A stretch of DNA of 63,797 bases, counting the filler, from Lenisia limosa (taxonomy: Eukaryota > Protista > Breviatea), in the NCBI GenBank assembly GCA_001655205.1. It is 4 parts of 4 records of this genome, joined end to end, with 100 filler letters (N's around TTAATTAATTAA, not from the genome) between each part and the next. Parts side by side here need not be neighbours in the genome. Positions count along the whole stretch, not along the records: positions 26,828 to 57,599 come from LPNZ01009365.1; positions 57,700 to 61,290 come from LPNZ01004412.1; positions 61,391 to 63,797 come from LPNZ01009498.1; 1 more part is not named here. One strand, written 5' to 3'. Shown in pieces: positions 52,730-63,564 of this stretch (position 1 is its first letter; each line of letters opens with the position of its first letter). The notes below the pieces were generated by a model. It made no database searches. It had not been told where the DNA came from and was given only the letters and a program-made list of their open reading frames with translations. The position numbers and the translations under genes were made by a program.

Positions 52730-55246
52730 GTGGTACAACTAAATAGGGCAATCTGTCAAAAGCGGCTCTGTCATTGGCATATACGTAACAATGGTATGAG
52801 AACTGAGTAGTAGTCACATTCGACACCACTGAAATCATCATAACATTGTTGGAGTGGTGTTCATCACAACATATTTGGAATGTTGTTCATGGAAATGTAC
52901 AAAGAAAATGATAGTAAGAAATAAAAAAACAGTTGCCCCCCCCCCCCNNNNNNNNNNNNNNNNNNNNNNNNNNNNNNNNNNNNNNNNACACTACTGCGGG
53001 TGGAACATCATATGTTCGCGAAAAGTACACCTATTATTGTGAGTAACTATTTTTGACGGTATTGGGGTAGAATGGCCTTTATGGCATAATATTAATAAAG
53101 GTGCCCCCCCCCCCCCNNNNNNNNNNNNNNNNNNNNNNNNNNNNNNNNNNNNNNNNNNNNNNNNNNNNNCGACTCGTAACGAGTACTATTGGCGGCTCCG
53201 ATGAAGGCGAGAGTAATATCTTTCGTGCTTGGAAGTGAGAATCATCTTGTTGATGTCTTCTTCCCTAACCCCAAAAGTATAGTTTTATTGACAAACAGAT
53301 TTTTTGGGAGCCATAACAAACCTTGTGATGACACCGGTGAATGTATAGAATTCAGCGAGATTGTGGGCTGCCCCAAGTGTTATTCTCGACTGGACAGTCA
53401 CGACAGGTTATGAAACAAATACCCACACTACTTTGGCACATTCGAACACTATATGTGCCTAAATGATATGCCGATTGTCTGTTGTATTTCTACAATGTAT
53501 AATCCAATAATGGTACTTTTTTGCTGTTATTATGTGTCCAACAATCACCAGTACAAACCAAAAGAGGGGGACTATCGGTAATGGCTGTCAAAAAAGTTGG
53601 AGTATTGTAGCGGTACGGCTTTGGAAGGTCTAAAGACATAATCAAATGTTAGCCATTCCTGAGGGTCAGAACAGGGTCAAGTGGTCTTACCAACCAATAG
53701 ACTGCTCTGTCGACTCCAACTGCTCAAAGTGACAAAGGGACCTGTCCGTTCCGGGAACAACGAAAATAACATACACAGTCACGTCGGTTTGGAGTGCCTG
53801 TGGGGTTAACGTGTGTCCCTTTTCAGAAGCCTGATTGACAGCGTACCGTGTTACTGGAGTGCACCCTGGCATGTATGGTTTGGCCTGCGGTCAAATCCAC
53901 AGTTGGAAGTTGTGTGACTGTGACCTAAAATATGAAACTTCAATACAGAGGGGATCAGGAGGAAATCAATAAAGCACATGTCTAGTGAACCAAAGAAGGA
54001 AAAACAACACACAACCAACTTATACACCTACATCATCATTACTGAAGAATTACCCACGGATTTTGGTGTTACGAGGTTCGGCGTAAAGAGAACAAAGAAC
54101 TCCTGACCAGTGCTGACAATCTCGGGGGGGACCGCAATTGATAATTCCCCCGTTACAGAAATCTTCCAAAGTTAATGCAATGCCATCAATATGATACGTG
54201 AGTACAATTCAAATAAAAAAAACTGTACTGGGACAAAATTGAGTATTATTCAATCCCCAATCATCGAATGTATCCTAATAATTACCAACTAAAAGTAAAA
54301 AATACATATAAAGGGAATAATTTACCTAAAAACACACTTACCAATTTGTATGCGTAAAAAGTTGGTTCCTTGGACTTGAGTATGGCTTCCTCTAAATATG
54401 NNNNNNNNNNNNNNNNNNNNNNNNNNNNNNNNNNNNNNNNNNNNNNNNNNNNNNNNNNNNNNNNNNNNNNNNNNNNNNNNNNNAAAAGAATTAATCGATA
54501 AAAGAGGACAATGATATCACTTATGACAGAACATCAAAAAATGATGTAATATGCAATTTAACAATGTATACGCAATAACAACACAATCTTCCCAACTTTA
54601 GTAACAGCATCACTTTCATAGACAGGGTCTTGGAGGCCCAGGTGGTCTTGATTGACCTGACCAGCAGCTATAACATGAGGTGTAAAATAATAACTTTTGA
54701 CATATAACAGGAGATGGTTTTCGCCCTACTATCATTTTTGATCCTGTCAGTAATTTGGGCCAATAAGAATGCATGGAAACCACCAAATAACTTTCCCATT
54801 ATTGAATGAAATATCAAAGTTGCCACGTCACCCCCCCCCCCACCAATATTATCGCTTGATATGACCGCAGTGCCCTCAAACGATTCCACTCTGCCAAGTT
54901 AATGTAATGGTGCTCAATTGAGATATATTCAAGTGAATCAGTTTGGAATTTAGTGTAAAAATTAAAATTGGATGGTGAAATGAAAAAAAAATAATGACAA
55001 CAGCAACTCATAGCCTATCACCTAACGCTCTATTACTCTTTTTTCAACAGGTTCATGATAGACTTCAGACAATATAAACCTCCAAAGCAAACATGATATC
55101 TTGAATTGCAGTTTTGCCGCTTGAGAATTGCTGAACACTGGATTGTATTAGGGTGTTTCTTGAGGATTCCCGGTCACTGTACTTCACACTCCCCCTTACG
55201 CCAGTCCAGAGCAAATGAGAGCGGCTAAGAGAAGAGTGGAAATCAT
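52730..55246 (-). CDS. Uncharacterised secreted protein, beta-rich; 3' end uncertain
   Basis: MISTLLLAALICSGLA (signal peptide), followed by exons AVQQFSSGKTAIQDIMFALE, SIMNLLKKEVESFEGTAVISSDNI, EEAILKSKEPTFYAYKL, ISVTGELSIAVPPEIVSTGQEFFVLFTPNLVTPKS, VTVTQLPTVDLTAGQTIHARVHSSNT and ALQTDVTVYVIFVVPGTDRSLCHF. Confidence 0.6.
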
Positions 55247-55501
55247 GTCTCCTTTACTATAATTTTTCTCTTTCTCCCTTATTTATTTTAATTTAATTAA
55301 TGATATCATCACACTGGCAAGATTGGAGGTTTCTGGCGCGCTCTTCTCAAGCTCCAAGCTCTTCCATGCATGTTCAAGGTTTTCGGACGAATTCCTTGGG
55401 GGGGTATGTAAACTGCTGCCTTTTCTCTACCTAAAACCAACGAAAACAAGTGTGTAATATTGCAATATCATCTACTCTCTATCCAACACAACTAATTCAA
55501 T
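55247..55501. promoter_or_regulatory. Probable bidirectional promoter (secreted protein / prolidase)
   Basis: Only 255 bp separate two divergent ATGs. Inferred from geometry alone. Confidence 0.4.
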
Positions 55502-57546
55502 ATGCAGGTAAGTATATCACTGTTTTCCCCCCTCCTCCCTCATTTCCTTAGGCACTCCAAGCGTCCACCATCCCCAGAGAGAACCGTGAGCGTCTCGTGA
55601 AAGCCTTTGCAGACAAGGGAATCAAGAAGGGCCTCATCTACCTCAAGGTAAATCTCACCTTCTTCACTGATCGCTCATCTTACTTGTTCAGGGAGGAGAA
55701 GACAGAAACATTTATGATGCTGATACTGAACATCTTTTCCGCCAAGAAAGGTAAGTATACTATTGAGAAGATGACCACGCAGCTACTTCAACTGGACCTT
55801 CGGTGTTCGCGAAGCCGGCTGGTTTGGAGCCATTGATATCGAGACCGGCAAGTCCACTCTCTTCATGCCCCGCCTTCCTCAGGCGTATGCCGTCTGGATG
55901 GGCTCGATCCGTCCTCCTTCCCACTTCTTGGTAGGCAACGTAATGTGCTGAGAGGGGAAATACGGTAACACACCATACAATAATATCCACAAATAAATTT
56001 GATGAGTCAAATATCATTCCACCCAAACCCTATAACCACTCAGGAGAAGTATGGTACCGACTGTGTAATGTTTGTTGATGAGATCAAGAACTTCATTGCC
56101 GAGTGAGGGGTGGAATGGGAGTGTGTTTTTTTTTTTTTTATCGGGAAAAATGCTCTTGTACCTTTCATCATGCTACCTTCAAATTACCCTTATTTCAGGA
56201 ACAAGGAGACGATATACACTCTCAACGGACTCAACTACGACTCCAAACTCCAGTCTGTCTGTGAGGTATGTTGAGCTGCCAGTTATTCATACTGTCATTG
56301 GGGTAATCACAATAAGCAACTGAAGTGGGAATGATTCGAAACTATAAAGTGGAAATTTGGCTATTCCTTTTTGGGAACACTCTTTACGGGAATATATCTT
56401 TTCTTAAGGTGAGGAGTTGGGGTATGTTAATCCTCTATTTCATTGAGCGTAAATCTCAGCTTGGCCTTTTTGCTGATTACTATGCACTCAACTCCTCAAC
56501 GCTTCCTCACCATTCAGGCCACCGAGCACCTTGGTGATAAGACCGTCAACAATGAGGCTCTCCACCCAATCATCACAGAATGCCGTGTTGTATGGGGGTA
56601 TTCTATAAACATAATATACCACAGGTTCTTTCATCTTATTGTAGCATTTGGAACCCTGGGTATTCAACGCTTTTGACCGCTGTAGTTCAAGACAGAGACC
56701 GAGAGCAAGGTTCTGCGTGAGGTCTGTCGCGTCAGCTCAGACGCCCACAAGGCCGCTATGAAGGCATGTAAACCCGAGATGATGGAGTACCAGTTGGAGT
56801 CCACCCTTCTGCATCATGTCTACTTCCATGTAGGCGCAGTGATATGTAGGGCTTCACTTTGGTTTGAAAAAGACTGATAAAATATCGATATTTATCGATA
56901 AATTCCCTCTTTTTTGAACTGACGTGAAGCCCTAATGATATGCTTTGCCGATAGCCTCGCTGATATATGGAAATTCGGGAACAAAAACCAAAAACAAAAA
57001 CAGAACCTCTTGGCTGACACTCTAAGCCGCCTCCATTTTATTCCACAGGGCCAGAACCGCCTCCCAGCCTACGGGACCATCATCGGCTCCGGACCCAACG
57101 CTGCTGGTGGGGGCTATTATCATATCACTCTATATTATATGATGATAAGTAATTATAGTGGTCAATGGTAAATAATGCATACTATGCACATATTTTCTAA
57201 TATGATATGTCATATTTGTACAGCAGGTTTGCATTTGTGATAAAACGCGTTTGTTGAACAGGTAGTGTCATCCCTAACAATTATTGTAACCGTCTAGTGC
57301 TGCATTACGGTCACGCTGGGGCCCCCAACGACCGCCAAATGCAGGACGGTGATATGGTGCTCATCGACTTCGGAGGCGACTACAATGGCTACGCCGCCGA
57401 CATTACCACCACGTGGGCTATTAGTGTGTGGAAAGTAGCTTTTTTTCCTTCTGCACAGAAACTGACAGTGTAGTTTCCCAGTCAACGGCAAGTTCGCTGA
57501 GAAGCAGAAGACCATCTACAACATTGTCCTCAACACTTTCAACACC
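55502..57546 (+). CDS. PEPD: Xaa-Pro dipeptidase (prolidase, M24B family); 3' part lost at the contig end
   Basis: [18 protein letters not shown]...[62 protein letters not shown]...[16 protein letters not shown]...[12 protein letters not shown]...[69 protein letters not shown]. Confidence 0.96.
56847..56934. mobile_element. hAT-type MITE copy in a prolidase intron
   Basis: gtgatatg|TAGGGCTTCACTTTGGTTTGAAAAAGA...TCTTTTTTGAACTGACGTGAAGCCCTA|atgatatg (7/8 TSD match). Confidence 0.88.
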
Positions 57547-57599
57547 GTTTGGGGCGCAACTAAAAGACTGCATTATTTGCAAACTCCCTAATACTATCA

Positions 57600-57699
57600 N
57601 NNNNNNNNNNNNNNNNNNNNNNNNNNNNNNNNNNNNNNNNNNNTTAATTAATTAANNNNNNNNNNNNNNNNNNNNNNNNNNNNNNNNNNNNNNNNNNNN
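57600..57699. other. Artificial contig linker (N44-TTAATTAATTAA-N44)
   Basis: The 12-mer lies at 57644-57655. Prolidase stops and XDH starts mid-gene across this linker. Confidence 0.97.
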
Positions 57700-57795
57700 A
57701 TATTAGATGATATAGTATAGGAGTAAGATATGATACTGCTCTTTTTTTGTTTCATAAAATTTCCATTTTTACCCTCTCATCGCTAACACTCGCAG

Positions 57796-60700
57796 GAGAA
57801 GCCAGTTTTATCGGCGACCAACCCATGCCCCACGGCACCCTTTTTGCAGCCCCTGTTGTATCCACCCACGCTCATGCCAAAATCTTGAGTATCAATACCA
57901 AGTGGGTGGTTATAGTGGGAAGGAGAGAGGGAGAGAGCTGTTCTAAGGGAAGATCGAAATGACGTGAAAGAATGCTATATTCCTCTCCATAAATTTCATT
58001 GGGCTTGTGATTTTGATTCAAAAAATTTCCATTTTTCACCCCCTCCCCCCAGGCCGGCCTTGGCAATGGAGGGCGTAGTGGATGTGATGATGGCACGTGA
58101 CATCCCGGGCTCCAACTCCTGGGGAGCTGTATTGAAGGACGAACAACTCTTTGCTGACACGGGTGGGGATAAGGATTGATTGTGGTATAAATGATTGATG
58201 CTATTATTAACATCATTAATATTGATGGGTGTTAGATAAGATGGTGGATGTGTGTTGATGATGGTCCTCAATATTATTGCTCCCCAAATATAGTGCTGCA
58301 GCGACTGGCCTGGGCTTTGTTTGTTGGAGTGATGGGATGCGGTGCGACAGAAGCGACTGATGCGGTGNNNNNNNNNNNNNNNNNNNNNNNNNNNNNNNNN
58401 NNNNNNNNNNNNNNNNNNNNNNNNNNNNNNNNNNNNNNNNNNNNNNNNNNNNNNNNNNNNNNNNNNNNNNNNNNNNNNNNNNNNNNNNNNNNNNNNNNNN
58501 NNNNNNNNNNNNNNNNNNNNNNNNNNNNNNNNNNNNNNNNNNNNNNNNNNNACCCCTTACCCTCCAGCCAACTACGCTGGGCAAATTATCTGTCTCGTCG
58601 TCGCTGACGTAGGCTGGTATACTAAGAAATATTTCACAAAGTGGAAGTCAAATTGTCTGACATTGAGTTCTCATGACATCTGATATGTAATATACATGTA
58701 CATATATCATATATAGATCTGTCTCACTTCAGATTGGTAATAATTATTTTATTAATTGCACGTAGCCTACAGTGTATGTACACTTTTATATCGCGTATAC
58801 AGTACTAGGCTTCGGCCAGATACAACCTTGTTTTTTATTATTTCTTATTAATATATTACATAGTTTTGATATAGCTTTGTGCTTACCTCCCTAGCATATG
58901 TATATATTGATATAGCTTTGTGCTTGTATCTAGTAGAATATTATAATGTTCAGAGATTTCTGGTTTTGGGTAGAGCGCAATCACTTATTGTCTTTGCTTT
59001 TCCAGTCAAATAATCTTGCGTTCAAACACAAGTTATAACGTCCTCTCACTTTTCCAGTCAAATGACCTGGCTTACAAGGCCTCGCGTGCAGTGGAAGTGT
59101 CTTATGAGGACCTACCGGCAATCCTCACCCTTGAAGAGGCTATTGAAAAAGACTCGAAATTCCCTCAATGGCATTATCTTGGTGGGTGGTATGTGATAGT
59201 ATATTACTTATTTTGTTAAAATATATACCTGTATACTACACTGTTTATGGCGAAAAAGACCAGCAAAATATCGATAGTTTTCGAGGATTTATCGAGAAAT
59301 TCAGTCTTTTTTTTGTGTGTACCGAACACTCATTGTCTACCCTTACTCCCCTCACAGGATCAGAAGCGGTTGTCGTTGAAGAGAAACTGGCTCAAAGCGA
59401 AATGGTGACTGAAGGTGCGGGGGGGGNNNNNNNNNNNNNNNNNNNNNNNNNNNNNNNNNNNNNNNNNNNNNNNNNNNNNNNNNNNNNNNNNNNNNNNNNN
59501 NNNNNNNNNNNNNNNNNNNNNNNNNNNNNNGTAAATATATTTTTCATGATTAGCATATTTTTGTGACTATTCAGGATCGGTCTACCTCGGAGGCCAGGAC
59601 CACTGGTACCTTGAGACCCAGGTAAGGGGGGGGATACTGTGTTATATGACAGAAATAGGTTATTTTTTATTTGTTTCATTAATTTCGTTTTTTATCCCCC
59701 CCCCCCCTAGTCAACATTTGTCATGCCTGGCGATCAAGGCACATTCACCGTTCTATCGTCTACCCAAGGCTTGACCCACACCCAACATGAGGTCGCCCAT
59801 GTTCTTGGCATTAATAGCAGCAAGGTGGGTGTGAAGGTAAAGATATATCTTTGATGTCACGATATCGAGAGCGAGAGCAAGGAAAGGGAAAGAGCAAATA
59901 GTTAGTTTTCTATTTGCTGGGGATACTTGTCGTTTTCATAAAATACAACACCGAATCTCTAAGAGTAAGAAAAACGTCTTTATCTCCCGTCAAGTTCCTT
60001 AAGGGGACGTCATTGAATATTTCCAGTTAACAGTTCAGGTAATCTGCAAGACCAAGCGTCTTGGTGGCGGATTTGGCGGAAAGGAAGCGTGAGGGGGGGG
60101 GGGTAACTGACAATGTATCGAGACTTCAGTCTTTTCCTTACCAGAAGTGAAACTGTTTGAGGAAATGTAACGTCCGCCCTTAATTCCAGTGTAGTCGCTC
60201 AGTGCCTTTGGCTTGTGCTGCAGCGGTGGCGGCGAATAAGCTCAACAAACCCATTATGCTAGCTCTGGATAGGGACGTTGGTGAGTGGGGGGGGGTGTTT
60301 TCCATGAATTTTATATGATATCTGTTGTCAGCCAGCTGAGATGATTTTGGGCTTTTCCCCCCAAATTTTCCAATTACTCCAGACCTTGCCACCACGGGCG
60401 GAAGACACCCGATGCTTTTCAAGTGGAGAGTCGGCCACACTAAGGAGGGCAAAATCACTGCGCTTGACATGAAGGTGGAGGGGTAGTAAAAGGGGATGAC
60501 TAGGGCTTTGCTCATGTGCGAAAAAGACCCGAGGATATATTAGAGAAATTCTTTCTTGAGCTTAGTATGAGGGTGAGTGGATAATTTAAAAGTGAAAATA
60601 GTTGGGCAAACTTGAGACAATACTAGTTTATTTAAATAGCTCTGGCATAGCAATGAATATATGATATGATATATAAAACTAATTCACGCAGGCACATAGT

Positions 60701-60998
60701 AACGCCGGGTTTTCTTTGGACCTTTCTATGCCTGTTATGGACCGTGCTCTGTTCCACTGCATCAACGCCTACAAGTTGGGGGGTGGGGAGTACTATGTAA
60801 AATTGTTATCATTAATAAACTGGTGGATCGTTTTTTGATGTGGACACCCTATATATCATATGCATAAGTGTGTGTGGGTGTGTCGACCCAAAAACTGTTT
60901 ATTTCTTATCCCCCCTTCCAGCATCCCCATTGCTCGTGTCACAGGTCACCTCTACAAAACCAACACTCGCTCCAACACCGCTTTCCGTGGCTTTGGCG
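57796..60998 (+). CDS. XDH: Xanthine dehydrogenase/oxidase, molybdopterin-domain fragment; truncated at both ends
   Basis: [26 protein letters not shown]...[121 protein letters not shown]. Confidence 0.95.
59251..59314. mobile_element. Internal remnant of the same MITE in an XDH intron
   Basis: cgaaaaagaccagcaaaatatcgatagttttcgaggatttatcgagaaattcagtctttttt closely matches the reverse complement of the interior of the 11890 copy; the terminal ends are missing. Confidence 0.75.
60501..60564. mobile_element. Degenerate MITE copy in an XDH intron
   Basis: tagggctttgctcatgtgcgaaaaagacccgaggatatattagagaaattctttcttgagctta retains the TAGGGCTT start, gaaaaagac, cgaggat and gagaaattc blocks. Confidence 0.5.
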
Positions 60999-61080
60999 GT
61001 GGGGAGAATCATATATACTATACATTAGAAATCTAGGAAAATGAAAAATTACAATGGGATACCAGAAACAAATTACCTAG

Positions 61081-61230
61081 TTCCAATAGTTCCAATCTGT
61101 TGTTCAAATCTGTAGTTCTGTCTGTAGTTCAAATCTCTAGTTCAAATCTCTAGTTCAAATCTGTAGTTCAAATCGGTTGTTCAGATCTCTAGTTCAAATC
61201 TCTAGTTCAGATGTAGCTGGATCTGTAGTA
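61081..61230. repeat. 13-bp minisatellite (about 10 degenerate copies) near the contig end
   Basis: Unit tagttcaaatct(c/g), e.g. tgtagttcaaatc tctagttcaaatc tctagttcaaatc tgtagttcaaatc. Confidence 0.85.
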
Positions 61231-61290
61231 CAATATGTGTGACACCCCAGCTAGATTTTTTATTCAGATTTTCCCAATAAGATTGACTAT

Positions 61291-61390
61291 NNNNNNNNNN
61301 NNNNNNNNNNNNNNNNNNNNNNNNNNNNNNNNNNTTAATTAATTAANNNNNNNNNNNNNNNNNNNNNNNNNNNNNNNNNNNNNNNNNNNN
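61291..61390. other. Artificial contig linker (N44-TTAATTAATTAA-N44)
   Basis: The 12-mer lies at 61335-61346. Confidence 0.97.
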
Positions 61391-61684
61391 CTTGTCTGGC
61401 CTGAAGCAAAAAACGGCCGCGGCGTGGTGATAGGGGCAGGGCGTGCCCCTCAGGTTTATCATACTTATTCGTGAGTCTTTCTTCTGGTTCTGGTTTTTCG
61501 TCTTATTGTGTGGACTGCTTCGAATGAAGCAAGGTATTTTGGTGGTATTTTGAATGTTTATGTATTCTGGTTTTAGTCTGAATTATCAGGAAGATCAAGT
61601 TTGGTTGCAGTATGGAGTTATGGTTTTCAAAGATTTTACCCGAAATGCTGGTAAAAAAAATGATTAATGCATTTCAAGTAGGCT

Positions 61685-63264
61685 CTAGTCTGAAGATGCC
61701 TCCTTAGAATCAGAAGGCAGTTCGGAAGCTTCGGAAGTGGAGTTGCTAAGGGAGTAAACGAAGGAAATGTTGGCGGAAAGGCATTTATCATGAACCAAAT
61801 AATACCAAACTACAGACTAAAAACAAAGAAGCAATTAAAGCATTGCTGGACTGGGGGGGGGGGGGGNNNNNNNNNNNNNNNNNNNNNNNNNNNNNNNNNN
61901 NNNNNNNNNNNNNNNNNNNNNNNNNNNNNNNNNNNNNNNNNNNNNNNNNNNNNNNNNNNNNNNNNNNNNACAAGGAAAAATGGAGAGAGAAAAAACAAAA
62001 AAAAAACAACTTTGTTGGCAAAAAAGCACACGAGGGTTAAAGATAACAAAACCCAGGCCAGTCGCATCTGTATTGCGAATAATGTTGATTCAAAGAGGTG
62101 GGGTGCGAGAACTATTCCCTTGGGGTGATGACCACAACGAAACCTATGGAAGACGTGCTGGGAAGCTATTCACAAACATTGGTGTTGACTTCCAAGTAGA
62201 TATTTATTTGCTATTATTAATTCTCTGTATTATATTCATCGGTTCATGAAATAGAAAAGAAAAAAAAAGATAAATGAAAGAAGAAACTACCACACATCGA
62301 CAGAAGACCCCAAGCCCACTGGTCACAAAGAAGTCCCAACTGGTCAGTTACTCGTATCCCACTATTAGAACTTCATTTTGGTTCCAATTAAAACTTAATT
62401 CTCGATAAAATCCCGATAAATATGGTATATTTTTTTTTGTCTTTTGGAACCAAAGCCAAGGTCTCATTCCAGCGTACTTGCTAGGGGGCACAGCAGGGGC
62501 TTCGGGCTCAGCAGAGGACTTAATTATCGACTCAGTTGGCTCGGACGCTTCACTTTCAGAGGATTCATCGGAGGATTCTTGGGACACAAGCGATTCTTTG
62601 ACCATTCTTACGATTTCAGGAAGGGAGGATTTGAGCATCTCGTCAAGCAGAGCCTTGACTTCGGTCTTCTTCACGAATTGACTGTGGTCGAAAATTGGCT
62701 CAAAGACGGAACTTGGCTCCTCAGATTCTTCAGATGTGGAGGATTCTTGCTCCTCAGAAGACGAAGACTCTTCCAAAGATGATGATGATTCTTCTTCGGA
62801 TGAGGATGAGGATGAAGATTCCTCGGCAACTTCTGATGATGGCACAAGTTCGGAAGAAGGCTCATCACTAGATTCCTCACTCGACTCTTCAGATACCTGA
62901 GCTTGTGAGATGCAAAAGCAAGAGTGTTATAACAAGAGCTCCTTTCGGCTCCGTGTTAATTATCGAATTCATTCTTTTATTGGAACCGAAACTGAAGCTT
63001 AGTACCCCAAAACGAAAACTAGCTCTAATTTATGCCACAGTCCTAAAGGGCCAATAAGATAGATATATCGCGTTCAGTCTTTTTTTTTAAGGCCAAAAGT
63101 GAAGCAAACCCCACAATAATTATAAATACCACAATCAATATCAAAATAATTCCAAAATAAATCCCCAAAATAAATAATAAATCCCACCGATTCCTCTGAT
63201 GACTCCGGCGCGGACTCCTCAGAACTGGATACGAGAGGCTTTGGGATGTGCTGAAAGGAATTAT
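61685..63264 (-). CDS. Uncharacterised acidic Ser/Glu-rich protein with a short ordered segment; 5' partial
   Basis: HIPKPLVSSSEESAPESSEES-VSEESSEESSDEPSSELVPSSEVAEESSSSSSSEEE...EPIFDHSQFVKKTEVKALLDEMLKSSLPEIVRMVKESLVSQESSDESSESEASEP...; the last exon NSTSEASELPSDSKEASSD* is inferred. Confidence 0.6.
62367..62455. mobile_element. Degenerate MITE copy (intronic)
   Basis: cttcattttggttccaa ... ttctcgataaaatcccgataaatat ... gtcttttggaaccaaag: inverted ends and interior resemble the family. Confidence 0.5.
62935..63001. mobile_element. Possible short degenerate relative of the MITE
   Basis: agagctcctttcggctcc...aattatcgaattc...ggaaccgaaactgaagctt has inverted ends similar to cttcacttcggctcg/cgaaccgaagtgaag. 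Confidence 0.35.
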
Positions 63265-63564
63265 TCGTGGGGGTGTGACGGGCGGTAAAAATGACAATTT
63301 GCTTTATTAGAAATAAATAACATAACTTTGTTAGNNNNNNNNNNNNNNNNNNNNNNNNNNNNNNNNNNNNNNNNNNNNNNNNNNNNNNNNNNNNNNNNNN
63401 NNNNNNNNNNNNNNNNNNNNNNNNNNNNNNNNNNNNNNNNNNNNNNNNNNNNNNNNNNNNNNNNNNNNNNNNNNNNNNNNNNNNGTGACAAATTCCTATT
63501 TTCAAAATATTAGAATCTAACCTTGAATTGAACATAGGAGATTCCGGGCTGATCCTGGATAAAC

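Noticed and set aside
11890-56934. The MITE as an introner that creates new introns
   Set aside because: The intact copies lie inside introns, away from the GT and AG boundaries (e.g. 17 bp into the prolidase intron), and do not supply the splice sites.
55502-60998. Prolidase and xanthine dehydrogenase as a nitrogen-scavenging gene cluster
   Set aside because: They are separated by an artificial linker and both are truncated at it, so the adjacency is an assembly artefact.
1727-63483. ORFs in the supplied track that span runs of X
   Set aside because: They are open only because N gaps hide stop codons, so they carry no evidence of coding.
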